From Octopus vulgaris (lineage: Eukaryota): a stretch of 64,000 nt of DNA. The notes beneath the pieces are model-generated. The model was given only the letters and a program-made list of their open reading frames with translations, was not told the DNA's origin and ran no database searches. Positions 48,991 to 62,595 of this stretch are shown here, in pieces (within the stretch, counting starts at the first letter, position 1; every line of letters begins with the position of its first letter). The stretch lies in assembly GCA_951406725.2 (NCBI GenBank), contig OX597838.1, positions 36,642,001 through 36,706,000 of the forward strand, in the 5' to 3' direction. The translations under genes were made by a program, and so were the position numbers.

Positions 48991-50089
48991 AATAAGAGAC
49001 ATTTTAATGTAGTTTACTAACTGCTAAAGCATTAAATGTTATTAAGTGTTTTGGCTACAGATAATGAAACAGTTAATAGTGGAGTGTCTGTTGCTGCTAA
49101 CAATATTAGTGAGTGAATACAACATCAATCAGCTAACTGTGGGTACAAGCACAGATGACACATATCAGACCCTGGAGGGTGGCATTATTGCCAATGTTGT
49201 AAACAAAATTTGGCAGTGGAATCGTTAAAGATAGTGCCAGAGACCATTGTTGGATGCACAATAAAAGAGGAATTGCCTTGTGGACGATTTGACACTCTAG
49301 AGCAGTGCAGCTACTTTCACTTTCACCGCCCTCACCACCGTCCTCACCACTACTGCCTACATCCAAACATCACCAGCAACGGCACCATTGTCTTTTGTCA
49401 TTGAAACTGCTATAAACAAAATCATCGTCGTCATCATCAGCATCATCGTTGTTCTTGCTGTTGTTGTCATTATCATCATCATCATCATCATCATCATCAT
49501 AATTATCATCCCCTTGAATGAAAGAGATGAAAGGCAAGTCGGGGTAAGAGAACAACTACAACAAACTCATTCAGCTTGTGGCTATGACATGAACTGGATC
49601 AATGTATAAGTGTGAATGCGTTCATGTGTTTGTACATGTGTGTGTATGTGTGAATGTGTGCATATGTATATGTACATATATATATATATACACACACACA
49701 TAGTTGAATGTATATATCTATGCATATATATGCACACATACATATGCATAAATGTATGTATATATGCATGCATATTATACACATAAAAATACACATGGAT
49801 ATATGTATGCATATTATTATACACACACATCACCATCATCATCACCACCATCATCATCATCATCATCTAATGTCCATTTTCCATGCTAGTATGGGTTGGA
49901 GAGTTTCAGAGGAACTGGCGTGCTAGAGAACGTATACATATATATGTGTGTGGGTGGGTGGGTGCATGTAAATGTGCATGTATGTGTGTGTGTATTCATA
50001 TCCATGCATATGAATAAATATATATATATATATATACATACATATATGTATACTTGCCTGTATATTCATATATTCACACATAAATATAC

Positions 50090-50157
<68 letters not shown>

Positions 50158-50299
50158 AGAGAGAGATACATACATATATGTATATATGCCTGTATATTCA
50201 TATATTCACACATAAATATATACATTATATATATATATATATATATTATTACGGAGATGTACTTGCATAGCAAGTGACCTGATCTGAGAGTGAATGGTA

Positions 50300-50500
50300 A
50301 AACAAAATATTTTCTTTGCTTTGAGACCGTGACCTGTCCACTGACAAAATTCCATGCAGCACGGAGCTTTGTCAGTGAACAGATTGCTGTCTCAAAGCAA
50401 CGAAAATATTTTGACAAATTAAATTTAAATGTTGAAGTGAATCTAACAGTTATTTGCGTGTTTTTTAATGGCTTATAAACATCTTCTACATTGCGATTGT
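50300..50500 (+). mobile_element. Foldback element with hammerhead-like motif (50368-50418) followed by (TA)n
   Basis: Arms 50303-50348 and 50368-50413; TTTGTCA-GTGAACA-GATTGCT..AGCAAC-GAAA-ATAT-TT-TGACAAA. Confidence 0.6.
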
Positions 50501-50565
50501 ATATATATATATATATATATAAATGCACACAATTACATGCATATGTATCCCTGTGTATATATGTA

Positions 50566-50610
<45 letters not shown>

Positions 50611-50775
50611 GGCATTATTACACATAAATGCCACACGCTAGGAGGGACTTTCAAAGTCATTACTACCAAAAATAAACGAATTGTACCGAATGCAGCTCTC
50701 GAAGCAAGACATTTAGAAAAAGAATTTAGTTCCAGATCACTTGTGATTTCGCAATTAACGTATTATCTACGTCTA

Positions 50776-50825
<50 letters not shown>

Positions 50826-51204
50826 TTTCGTTTTTCTTTTTTCAGCTCAGAGCTGCGGCCATGCTGATGCATATATATATGTTATCATCTTCATCATCAT
50901 CATTATTTAGCATCCATTTTCCATCATACTGGGCATCGGTAGGATGACTCTTGACAGAATGTGATGAGTTCCAGAACTGAATCATTCTTCAGTCTCTCCT
51001 TCGGCATGAAATTCTCCTGTGTCAGCTTTTACATTTTTGGCTAAACAAGTCCATGCAGTCACTGCCTGCCTCCGTTTGAAAGTGAAAGTAACTCACAACG
51101 TATATAAACTCCGATATTCATTATATGACATATATATTCATATGTGAATGTACATGTATATATATATATGTATATGTATAAGTATGTCTGTGTGTGTAAG
51201 TGTG

Positions 51205-51240
<36 letters not shown>

Positions 51241-51455
51241 TGTATATATGTATATACACGTACATAGGTATATATTGTGTGTGTGTGTGTGTAATATATC
51301 TGGGGAGAGAGAGAGAGAGGGAAAAAGAAAGAGATAGATGAAGGCATATTCTCAAGATGCAAATCAAAATATATTTTCGATGTGAATATCAATTTCTGCC
51401 ATTCAGACAAGAAACTACATTAAGAATGATGGCTATCACCAGTGTATAAGTGATT

Positions 51456-51499
<44 letters not shown>

Positions 51500-51713
51500 T
51501 TAATACATATATATACACACACATATATATACATATATATATGCACATATATATATGTGTGTATATATATATACATATATATATATACATATACATATAT
51601 ATACATATATATATATGTGTGTGTATATATATATATACATATATATACATACATGTATATGTGTGTGTGTATATATATATATACATATATATATACATAT
51701 ATATATGTGTATA

Positions 51714-51752
<39 letters not shown>

Positions 51753-52442
51753 GTGTGTGTGTGTGTATATATATGTGTATGTGTGTGTTTGTAGAAATTT
51801 GATTGAGAAAGAAATGCGGAAGCTGATGATGGAAATATTCCTCGGACCAATTCATTTCTTTCCTTCCTCTGCTCTTTGGGACACCTTCGGCTAATTTTTG
51901 TTTTTAAATATTCTCAGATAGTGCAGGTATTAAGGTGTGGTGAAGAAGCATGTTTTGTAGCCATGTGGGTCCATTCCCACTATCTTGGTCTATAGCCCTT
52001 GGCTTACATTTCATTGGTAGAAACTGTTTGGAAGCCTAGTGTATATGTATATGTGTGTGTGTATATACAAATTCATTTGTCTATATAAATTTGGATGTGC
52101 CAATTATCTTCTGTTATTTTCCGATGGCGCTTGGTCGGAATGCAATGGGTAGGTTCCTAGCATTTTCAAATTTATAAATTATCGAAATATTATGCCGAGG
52201 ACGGGAATGAATTTGTATAATTCTAACCCAGAAATGCGTCCATAATTAATCGAAGACATAATTAATCGTTATTTTTCTTTTCTTTGCCGATGTGAGTTAG
52301 AAATATTGTTATCTGTGGAGTAATATCTGTAGTAAAGAGGAATGAGCTGTCTTTGGCTGCTATTTCTAAATTTTCGCTATGTGGTGAAGCAACTTGTTGC
52401 TTAACCCTTAACTATATATATATATATATATATATACGTATA

Positions 52443-52860
52443 TCATCATCATCATCGTTTAATGTCTGCTTCCCATGCTGGCATGAGTTGGACAGTTTAA
52501 CTAAGGACTGGTAAGCCAGGAGGCTGCACCAGGCTCCAGTCTGATCTGGCAAAGTTTCTACAGCTGGATGCCCTTCGTAACACCAACCACTCTGAGAGTG
52601 TAGTGGGTACTTTTTACATGTCACCAGCACGGGAGCCAGCCAGGCTGCACTGGCATCAACCTCGCTTGATTGGTGCTTTTTACATGCTGCCAGCACTGGC
52701 ATTGACCATGCCCCAGTGGTGCTTTGTATGTGCCACCTGCCCGGATGTCAGTCAGACTACAACTACGATTTCACTTAGCTCAACAGGTCTTCTCAAGTAC
52801 AGCATATTGCCTGATGATTGAAGGGGTACTTTTAACTAGGCCAGTTATGCGACACTGGTA
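52443..52860 (-). mobile_element. SINE family B
   Basis: Family motifs. Confidence 0.8.
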
Positions 52861-52862
52861 TT

Positions 52863-53098
52863 GGTGGCGAGCTGGCAGAAACGTTAGCACGCCGGGTGAA
52901 ATGCTTAGCAGTATTTCGTCTGCATTACATTGTGAGTTCAAATTCCGCCAAGGTCGACTTTGCCTTTCATTCTTTCGGGGTCGATAAATTAAGTACCACT
53001 TATGCACTGGGGTCGATGCAATCGACTTAATACGTATGTCTGTACTTGTTTGTCCCTCTCTGTGTTTAGCCCCTTGTGGGTAATAAAGAAATAGGTAT
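52863..53098 (+). mobile_element. SINE family C, full length
   Basis: Head GGTGGCGAGCTGGCAGAAACGTTAGCAC; tail AGCCCCTTGTGGGTAATAAAGAAAT. Confidence 0.85.
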
Positions 53099-53204
53099 TG
53101 GCCATGGATCTTGGCTTGCTGGATCTTCAATCAAATGCATAATGACATACGATGGATAATTGTCAGCTCATTACAGCTGTTTAGCTCTTTCTTACACATA
53201 GAGT

Positions 53205-53750
53205 TAATAGAATGATCTCGAAAACTGCGAAATAAATTACAATCAGATGAGGCAATGTCTGGTGAATATGGTGGGTGGGGCATTGATTCCCATTCAAACT
53301 GCTCCAGCCTTTGGAATGTCATCCTCGTTGTATGTGGCCAAGCATTATACTGATGGAAGAACACCTTTCATCTTTGAAACCAAAGATGGTCATTTTTCTT
53401 CTAGTGCTGACTTAATCCACTCAAGCTGCTTGCAGTAGATCTCACTTGTTATTGTTTGGTTTGGGTTTAAGAGTTCAAACTGAACTAAACTTTTCATATC
53501 CCACCATACAGACAACAACACCTTACATGGAAACCTTCTTTAGTCTGAGATGCCAGTGTTTCTCCTTTCCCTATCCATTGTTTTCAGTGCTTGACATTTT
53601 TATAGAGAACCCATTTCTTGTCACCACTCACTATTCAGTCCAAAAAAGGGTCACTTGTGAAACATGACAGCAAAGAAGAGCACACATTCACTCTCGGCAC
53701 ATGATTAGACTCGAAAAGTTTGTGAAGAACCCATTGACCCAATTTGCTGA
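53205..53750 (-). pseudogene. Mariner (DD34D) transposase relic
   Basis: IVSGDKKWVLY...FHQYNAWPH...WESMPHPPYSPDIASSDCNLFRS, with stops and frameshifts. Confidence 0.9.
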
Positions 53751-54085
53751 CTACACTTTGAGAGTGTAGCGGGTGCTTTTTACGTGCCAATGGCACAGGA
53801 GCCAGTCAGGCAGCACTGGTTTCAACCATGCTCAAATGGAGCTTTTTACGTGCCACTGGCACGGGTGCCACTCAGGTGGCAATGGCATCAGCTGTGTGGC
53901 AAAATCATTTGGACATCGACTAAAATGCTTTATGGTGTTTATTTTGACTGGTACTTTACATGCTAAATTCAAATTCTACTCACGTCAATTTTACCTTTCA
54001 CATCTCAGTAGATGATAAAATAATGTCCCAGAATAAATATTATCAATTAACCTTCTTTTTCCCAGAGTTATTGGCCTTGTGCCTA

Positions 54086-54121
<36 letters not shown>

Positions 54122-54130
54122 GATAATAAT

Positions 54131-54400
54131 AAAGTTGAGATATATGACAGGTTAGCTTGGGAAGTTAAGCAGTTGAGGTCAATGAAAAAGGTAGCAGTAG
54201 TACCGATAATTGTCGGGGCCCTGAGAACAGTGAGCAAAAATCTTGAGAAGTACGTGGAACAAATAGGGGCTGCAATAATGGTGGAGCACTTGCAGAAAAC
54301 AGCACTGCTTGGAACCGCTCTAATACTCCGGAAGGTGCTCGAAAAATAAGAGGCGTTACCTTAGTTCACTGGTAATGAACAGCTGACACTGTAGTACATC
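54131..54400 (+). mobile_element. R4/Dong-like non-LTR retrotransposon 3' end (restriction-like endonuclease C-terminus) joined to (AAT)n
   Basis: KVEIYDRLAWEVKQLRSMKKVAVVPIIVGALRTV...LQKTALLGTALILRKVL*. Confidence 0.8.
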
Positions 54401-54508
54401 TCCAAATGCTGTATGAACATTTAATATGGCTTTAGAGTCAGATCTTGGCTGCTATTTCTAGCGTGGTGGTATCTCTTAGATACCCTAAATTGTAAATTTA
54501 TATATGTT

Positions 54509-54539
<31 letters not shown>

Positions 54540-55104
54540 TTGTATATATACACGACAGTCTTCTTTCAGTTCCCATTTACCAAATCCACTCACATGGCTT
54601 TGGTCAGCGCAAGGCTATATTAGAAGACATTCATGCCAGATGTCATGCATTGGAACTGAACCTGGAATCATGTGGTTGCGGAGAAGGCTGCTTACCACAC
54701 AGATTAACCTGCACATGTACATACTCACTCACTCACACACACACACATCAAAGAAATTAATTATAGAATTTTCTCTGTGTATAGAGCTCTGTATGTGGTG
54801 TGTGTCTGAGTGTGTCTGTGTGTGGTGGTGAGAGAGGGATGTCTAGGAAAGGTGCGGAGAGAGAGAGGCGGGGTGGCGATTGATATACATGATAAAGCCT
54901 AACTGACTTCAACTGACCTCTTTCAGTTTGTAACTGATTTATAGTAATGCTAATGGGAAATTTTGAATTCCTCTCTATAGGAAAATACATACATATATAT
55001 ATTTTATATGTTATTATATATACATATATACATATCTGTTTTCTTCCTGTTATGGATACATATTCTTGGTTCATACATACATACATACATACATATTCTT
55101 GGTT

Positions 55105-55145
<41 letters not shown>

Positions 55146-55451
55146 CACTTTCTATGTATTTTTAATATCTCCATATACTTACACAGGTACATGTGTGTGC
55201 GTGCACACACACATACACACATATACACAAGGTACAAACATACAAATTTGTATATGTATATATATATGTATGTGTATATATAAGTGTGTGTGCATATATA
55301 TTATTTATATACAAATATTTTTGTGTATATGTGTATATATATATATATGTGTGTGTGTGTGTATTCATATAGGTGTATATATATATATGCATATATGTAT
55401 GTATATGTATACATATAAGTATATTTGTAAGTATACATTTATGTGTGTGTG

Positions 55452-55495
<44 letters not shown>

Positions 55496-55764
55496 TTCAC
55501 CAGTATAGATTATTAAGTAATTCTTATTTTCCTATAATCCTATAAAAAAGTGGTTTGTGTCTTCTTTTATAGCGCTAGATAGAATCTTCGAGTAGTTTTT
55601 GTCTCCAAAGGTTTAACATATGCAAGACATTTTCACATTTGTTAAATGTATATTTTCACCATTTCTAAGACGTTCAGTCTGATGTTACAAATGCTGGCTG
55701 ACCGCCGACCGACCGAGCTTTCTTTTGTGCTCCAAAGAAGAACAACCAATACATACACATACAA

Positions 55765-55766
55765 GC

Positions 55767-55816
<50 letters not shown>

Positions 55817-55869
55817 ATATATATATGTATATATATATGTATATATATATGTATATATATATGTATATA

Positions 55870-55912
<43 letters not shown>

Positions 55913-56190
55913 GTATATATATATGTATATGTATATATATGTATATATGTATGTATATATATATGTGTATATATATATGTGTATATATATGTATATATAT
56001 GTATGTATATATATGTGTGTATATATATATGTGTATATATATGTATATATATATATGTATATATATATATGTATATATATATATGTATATATATATATAT
56101 GTATATATATATGTATATATATATGTGTATATATATATATGTATATATATATGTGTATATATATATGTGTGTGTGTGTGTATATATATGT
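55765..56190. repeat. (TA)/(TATATG) microsatellite field
   Basis: Direct read. Confidence 0.95.
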
Positions 56191-56839
56191 TTACAGAATT
56201 TTAATAAATAACAGCACCCTTTATATTTCGTTGTAATGTCATAAAAACGTAGTTCTTCCTTCTTTTATGGCGTTAAAAACATCAATAGGTTCCATCTCTG
56301 AAGGGTTAACATATGCACGACATCTATTAAGTGTGGCTTTTAACCATAATAAGATGAATGGACTAACGTAGCGGACTGCTGCCATTTTTCTGCTAGAATG
56401 AAGAGAAGATCAATTTCTTGAAGAATACGTACATACATACATACACACAGACACACAAATACATACATATATAGTTACATGCATACATACATACATACAT
56501 ATACACTTTTCACTGCTTGTTGAGTTTAACACTTATAAAAGCGCATACATACACAAATCTATACTTCCACCACCACCACCATCATCATAATTGCCATTAT
56601 CATTAACATCATCATCTTTATCATCATCATCATCTTTATCATCATCATCATCATCATCTTTTATTTTGGATGTGTGGTTAAGCTGGTTTTGCAACCACAA
56701 TTTTTGGTTCAGTCCCGTTGTGTGGCACCTTGAGCAAGAGTCTCATTGTGTGGCACCTTGCACTATTGCCCTTTGCTGACCAATGCCTTTGTAAGTGAAT
56801 TTGGTAAATGGAAACTGAATGGAAACCTGTCGTATAAAT

Positions 56840-57046
56840 ACAAGGGGCTGCTGAAAAGTTCCTGTCTTTGGATAAAAGAAAATACAGGAGGATCAGTTAA
56901 TTGTGATTTCATTTAACATATTCCCCTCTCAGATTCACACGTTTATTGCAGTGGTCCTTCAGTTTTTCTAAGCCCTTTAAAAGAACTCTGAAGTTTGGGT
57001 CTCAAACCAGACCTTTCACAACACCCTTAAACCAGAAACTTTTCAT
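56840..57046 (-). mobile_element. Mariner-derived MITE (same family as 40243-40857)
   Basis: TACAAGGGGCTGCTGAAAAGTTCCTG; body in reverse orientation. Confidence 0.8.
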
Positions 57047-57051
57047 ACTTA

Positions 57052-57333
57052 ATGGGTTGGCAACTAAGTTCCTGCCGTATTTTTAGATTAAAATTTTTTA
57101 AAAGGTTTAATAAAAAATAACAACTAATTAATCAATAATGTATTCACCCTTGTTGTTTACAACTTCTTCCCAACGTTCAGCAAGATTTTCAATACCTCAT
57201 TGGTAGAAATCACCTGATTTCGATTCGAAAAATTGATCCAACCAAGCTCTCAATTCTGCATCAGTATTGAACGAAATTCCATGCATAGCATTTGAAAGAG
57301 ATCGAAAGAGGTAGAAATCCATTGGTGCCAAAT
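57052..57333 (-). mobile_element. Mariner 3' end with TIR
   Basis: Minus strand DLAPMDFYLFRSLSNAMHGISFNTDAELRAWLDQFFESK..GIENLAERWEEVVNNKGEYIID*; TIR TGGGTTGGCAACTAAGT. Confidence 0.9.
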
Positions 57334-57871
57334 CATATATGATGGGCTTCTTTTAGTTTCCCTCTTCCAAAATCCACTCACAACGCTCTGGTTGGCTCAA
57401 GGCTTCAGTAGAAGACACTTGCCTAAGATGCCATGTAGTGGGACTGAACTTGGAACCATGTGGTTGTGAAGCAATGTTTTACAACATAGCCATACCCATG
57501 CCCTGATATACATCTATACACAGACACACACAGTTGGATGCAGGTATAACTGTGGTAAGAGTTTACTTCGCAACCACATGGCTTCAGGTTCAATCCTCTG
57601 TGTGTCATCTTGATCAAGCACCTTTTATTATCGCCCTGGGCTGACCAAAGCTTTCTGAATGGATTCAGTAGACAGAAACCATTTTTTCCCTTACAAACTG
57701 ATTTCTTTTTCCATTTCACAACCATTGTTTGCTCTCCAATAGTTGAAAAAAACAGCAAATTTTTATTCAACAAAAAACTGACTAAATTCAACTCTGTTTG
57801 CCATGACATTGAGTTCTTTTTCAATTAGGATTTTTATACAATAATACTCAGTATCATCATCATCATCATCA

Positions 57872-57918
<47 letters not shown>

Positions 57919-58223
57919 GTTTTGGCTTTTGTAATCTTGGAAAAGTAGTTCTGTTTTCTTTCATAGGAAGTTGGAACGTAGGCGTTGTCTTCCTTTAGTC
58001 TCCAAAGAATTAACTTACAAAAGAAGTATTTATTTTCTAATTTCTATTGTGAACTTGTTTAGTTGTCCTGAGTAAACAAACACACACACATACACACACA
58101 TCCCTTTTCATTTGAAGATATTTGACAGTCCCCACTCTTTCATCCTGACAGCCTTTCATATTTGTATTTGTATGTATATGTGCTTATATATGTGTGCATG
58201 TATGTATATATATATCAATATAT

Positions 58224-58397
58224 AGGCGCAGGAGTGGCTGTGTAGTAAGTAGTTTGCTAACCAACCACCTGGATCCAGGTTCAGTCCCACTGCGTGGCAT
58301 CTTGGGCAAGTGTCTTTTGCTATAGCCCCAGGCCGACCAATGCCTTGTGAGTGGATTTGGTAGACGGAAACTGAAAGAAGCCTGTCGTATATATATG

Positions 58398-58442
<45 letters not shown>

Positions 58443-58644
58443 TTGTGTGTCTGTGTTTGTTCCCCTAGTATTGCTTGACAACCGATGCTGGTGTGTTTGC
58501 GTCCCCATCACTTAGCGGTTTGGTAAAAAGAGACCGATAGAATAAGTACTGGGCTTACAACGAATAAGTCCCGGGGTCGGTTCGCTCGACTAAAGGCGGT
58601 GCTCCAGCATGGCCGCAGTCAAATGACTGAAACATGTAAAAGAG

Positions 58645-58645
<1 letters not shown>
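58224..58645 (+). mobile_element. SINE family A, full length
   Basis: Family motifs. Confidence 0.9.
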
Positions 58646-58684
<39 letters not shown>

Positions 58685-58824
58685 TTTGTATTTCTATATA
58701 TGTGGTGTATATCATGATTCCATTCCGCATTTTAAAAAATATTTTCGGGTGATGGCCATTGAGATAATTGTGTTACTGTTGTTGGTCTTCAACCGCATGT
58801 TGATCCTGATCAGGCTAATCTATG

Positions 58825-59575
58825 TGTACATGGGGGCCATGGAAGTGGTTCCCAAAAATACGAAGAGGGAACAAGGATACTGGACTTCTGTGATGGAAAT
58901 AACCTATTGATCTGCAACACCAACTTCAGGAAGCTGACCAGCCACCTGGTAATCTACCAATCAGGGGGCTACACTAGCCAGATCGATTACATTCTCACCA
59001 TGCAGTGGGATGCATGGTTGCTCTTAAATACAAAGACCCTCCCTGGTGAAGAATGTATTCCAGACTTCAGGCCAGAAGGATGCCAAGGAGCACATTAATC
59101 TGTAAAAGAAGGATTGGGAAGTTTGGGGACCCTTCATGAGGTCAGAAATTTAGGGACATCCTAATTGAAAAATTTGATAAGAGGGAGGAAGGGCTACAAA
59201 TTTTTGATGTAGAGGGTAACTGGGAATTCCTGCGGGACAGCTTGTTGAGTGCCACAGACCAAATCTTTGGGTGGTGCAAAGTCCCAACAAGACTAGGGTA
59301 ACATGGTGGTGGAACAATGCTGTAGAGAAGGCCATTAGAGCAAAGAAACAGGCCTGGAAGACTTGGAAGAGTAGGGGTAGCAGGGAACTGTATTGGATAG
59401 TCAGAAGGGAAGCTAGGAGACAGCTATATCTAACCAAGGGAGAAGCAGAAAAGAGGAAATTTGTCTATATTCAGTAACATGAAGATCAAAGAATTGAAGT
59501 GTTCTGGATTGCAGGACAGTGTGTGAGAGAAAATTGTGATGTCTCATAGGAGAGAAATGTGTCCACACGAATGAT
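58825..59575 (+). mobile_element. RTE LINE relic (APE endonuclease C-terminal half and linker)
   Basis: EGTRILDFCDGNNLLICNTNFRKLTSHLVIYQSGGYTSQIDYIL...TWWWNNAVEKAIRAKKQAWKTWK. Confidence 0.85.
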
Positions 59576-60129
59576 GGTGGCATGTAAAAGCACTCATTAC
59601 ACTCTCAGAATGGTTTGGCGTTAGGAAGGGCATCCAGCTGTAGAAACCATGCTAAAACAGACTTGTGTCTGGTGCAGCCTCCCAGGTTGCCAGCCCTGGT
59701 CAAACAGTCAAATTTATGCCTGTATGGACAACGAATGTTGAATGATTGATTTTTTATTTCCCACAAAGGGACAACATAGATAAGGAACAATACAATCTGA
59801 TTGGGGTTCAGATGGACGGAGGGATATAACATCAAGATGACATTAAAATTTCATAAAAATATGAATAAATCGAATGATAAGACAGACCAGAAGACATTAA
59901 GGATGGAGTGGGAGGGAAGGCGAGTTCACTTCGGACCCCATGAGCCCCGCCTCGCCACTGATACCGGAGATACGTCCTGCATTGCATTCATGAGGTTACA
60001 TTCACTTGCAACATCCGCGCTGCATTCTTCCATCGATTTTGAAACATTTTCACAGTCAGGCCTTTTTGTCTCGAATAATCGTTGTCTTGGGCTTCCACAT
60101 TCACTCAAAGCAATGTAAATAAACAAGCA

Positions 60130-60418
60130 CAGGGATTCCTCGACTTGCGCGAGTAATTGGGGGATGCGCAAGCAGTTCGAAATTCGCGCAAGTCGAGTAC
60201 CAGATATTGTTTTCTATAAATATTTTCCGGGATAGCTGCTAAATATTGTTATATTAAAGAAACACTTGGAGAAAGATAACAGACAAGGCAATTCAACCAT
60301 GGATAATAAGTATTTTTACAACAAGCGCAAGTCGAGAATACAACTCGCGCAACCTGAACACTCGGTATCAAAAGTTGGCTCGCGCAAGTCGAATTTCGTG
60401 CAAGTCGGGGAATCCCTG
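60130..60418. mobile_element. Tigger/pogo-like MITE, CpG-rich
   Basis: TIRs CAGGGATTCCTCGACTTGCGCGA / TCGTGCAAGTCGGGGAATCCCTG; internal CGCGCAAGTCGA repeats. Confidence 0.7.
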
Positions 60419-60454
60419 TGATACATTTGACAAAGAAATCTGAATGCCCAAGTG

Positions 60455-61575
60455 TCGAGCTGGCACAAGTCGGTTGCACACTGGATGGAATACTTAGTGG
60501 CCTTTCGTCCAAATCGTTATATTCTGAATTCAAACATCGTTGAGGTTGACATTGACTTCCATCCTTTCAGTCTCTGTAAAATAAGGAATGGTCAAGCATT
60601 AGGGTCACTATAGTTGACCAGCTCGTCCCCTCAGAATTGCGGGCATTGCACCAAAAATTTGAAAGAATCATTGCTACAAAAGAACCTTGATGTTTAACCC
60701 AAGGGCAGCTCTGATAGGGCAAATCAAGCCTACATTTTGAAACATTCCATGCATGATCATCTTGTTTTGTTCTTTTCTTTATTTGTGGTTGAAGTGGCTG
60801 TTCAGAGTTCTTCCTGTATTTCGTCTGCCGTTACGTTCTGGGTTCAAATTCTGCCATGGTCGACTTTGCCTTTCATCCTTTCGGGGTCGATAAATTAAGT
60901 ACCAGTTACGCACTGGGGTCGATGTAATTGACTTAATCCCTTTCTCTGTCCTTGTTTGCCCTCTCTGTGTTTAGCTCCTTGTGGGTAGTAAAGAAATATA
61001 TTATTATTATTATTATTATCATCATTAAGGGGGTGAGCTGGTAGGATCGTCAGCAAGCCAGGCGAAATGCTGCTAAGCATTTTACCCAGCATGCTGATGG
61101 TTACTTTCTGAGTTCAAATTCTGCCGAGGTCGGCTTTGGCTTTCATCCCTTCAGAGTAAATAATATAAGTACCAGTTACGCACTAGAGGTGATGTAATCA
61201 AAAAACTTCTTTCCCCAAAATTCCAGGCCTTGGGTCAATAAATTAAGTACCTGCTGCATACTGGGTCGATCTAATCAACTGGCTCCCCCCCATCCCAAAT
61301 TTCGGGCCTTGTGCCTAGAGCAGCAAAAAATAAAGATTATTATTATTATCATTGTTATTGTTATTGAAGGTAGCGAGCTGGCAGAATCGTTAGCACGCTG
61401 GAGGAAATACTTAGTGGTATTTTGCCTATAGCTACGTTCAAATTCTGCTATGGTTGACTTTGCCTTTCATCTTTTCGGGGTCGATGAATTAAGTACCAGT
61501 TGAACAGTGGGGTCGGTCTGATCAACTCATCGCTATCTCCCCCAAGCTGCTCTGGTGGCAAAATTTTGAAACAAG
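60455..61575 (+). mobile_element. Cluster of four or five co-oriented SINE C copies
   Basis: Repeated GAGCTGGCAGAATCG heads and GTCGACTTTGCCTTTCATCC domains separated by (ATT)n. Confidence 0.75.
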
Positions 61576-61604
61576 AACAACAATAATAATAATAATAATA
61601 ATAA

Positions 61605-61866
61605 TCATCATCATCATCATCATCATCGTTTAGCATCCGCTTTCCATGCTAGCATGGGTTGGACTGTTCAACTGGGGTCTGGGAAGCCAGGAGGCTGCAC
61701 CAGGCCCAGTCTGATCTGGCAGTGTTTCTATGGCTGGATACCCTTCCTAACGCCAACCACTCCGTGAGTGTAGTGGGTGGTTTTTACGTGCCACCAGCAC
61801 AGGTGCCAGACGAGGCTGGCAAATGGCCACGATCGGATGGTGCTTTTTACGTGCCACTGGCACGGG
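61605..61866 (-). mobile_element. SINE family B
   Basis: Family motifs. Confidence 0.85.
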
Positions 61867-62409
61867 AATAATAATAGTAATAATAATAATTATTATTATC
61901 ATTATTATTATTATTGGGAACAAGAAATCTCTTGTTTGGCAAAGAAAAAAGACAACTGTTTCTTTCTTTTTCTTTCTTTTTTTTTTTGAACTCCGTAAAC
62001 TACTTCGTTGTGCTTTCATTCTTTTGTTCGGAGAATGGCTTTTTTTGTTCCGCCAAAGTCCCCCCGCTCCGCCCCACCCCCTCCTCCACCATACATTGTT
62101 GCTCTGATTGCCTGTCTGTCAGTCTGCAACTCTATCAGTTCAGCTATTCAGTCTTTCACTTCTCCATTCATTGGATACAGGGTTTTTTTTTTCATGTACT
62201 TGTTTTTAGCATTTTCATTTTTGTTTGTTTGTGTTTTTGTTTACATCTTGTTGTTGTTGTTGTTGTTGTTGTCGTTGTTGATATTATAAGAAAGATGTCT
62301 TTTCTTTCCTTTCTCTTTCAAAAGAACCCCAGTCAGTAATCGAAGTGCAGCGCTGGCCCTCAGGGCCGGGAGCCTAGGTGGATTTTCACTTTCTTTCTTT
62401 CTCTCTATA

Positions 62410-62474
62410 TTATATGTGTGTGTTTGTGTGTGTGTGTGTATATATATATGTGTGTGTGTGTCTATATATATATA

Positions 62475-62509
<35 letters not shown>

Positions 62510-62564
62510 GCACACATATATGTATATATATACACATGTATATATATGTATCTATATATGTATG

Positions 62565-62595
<31 letters not shown>

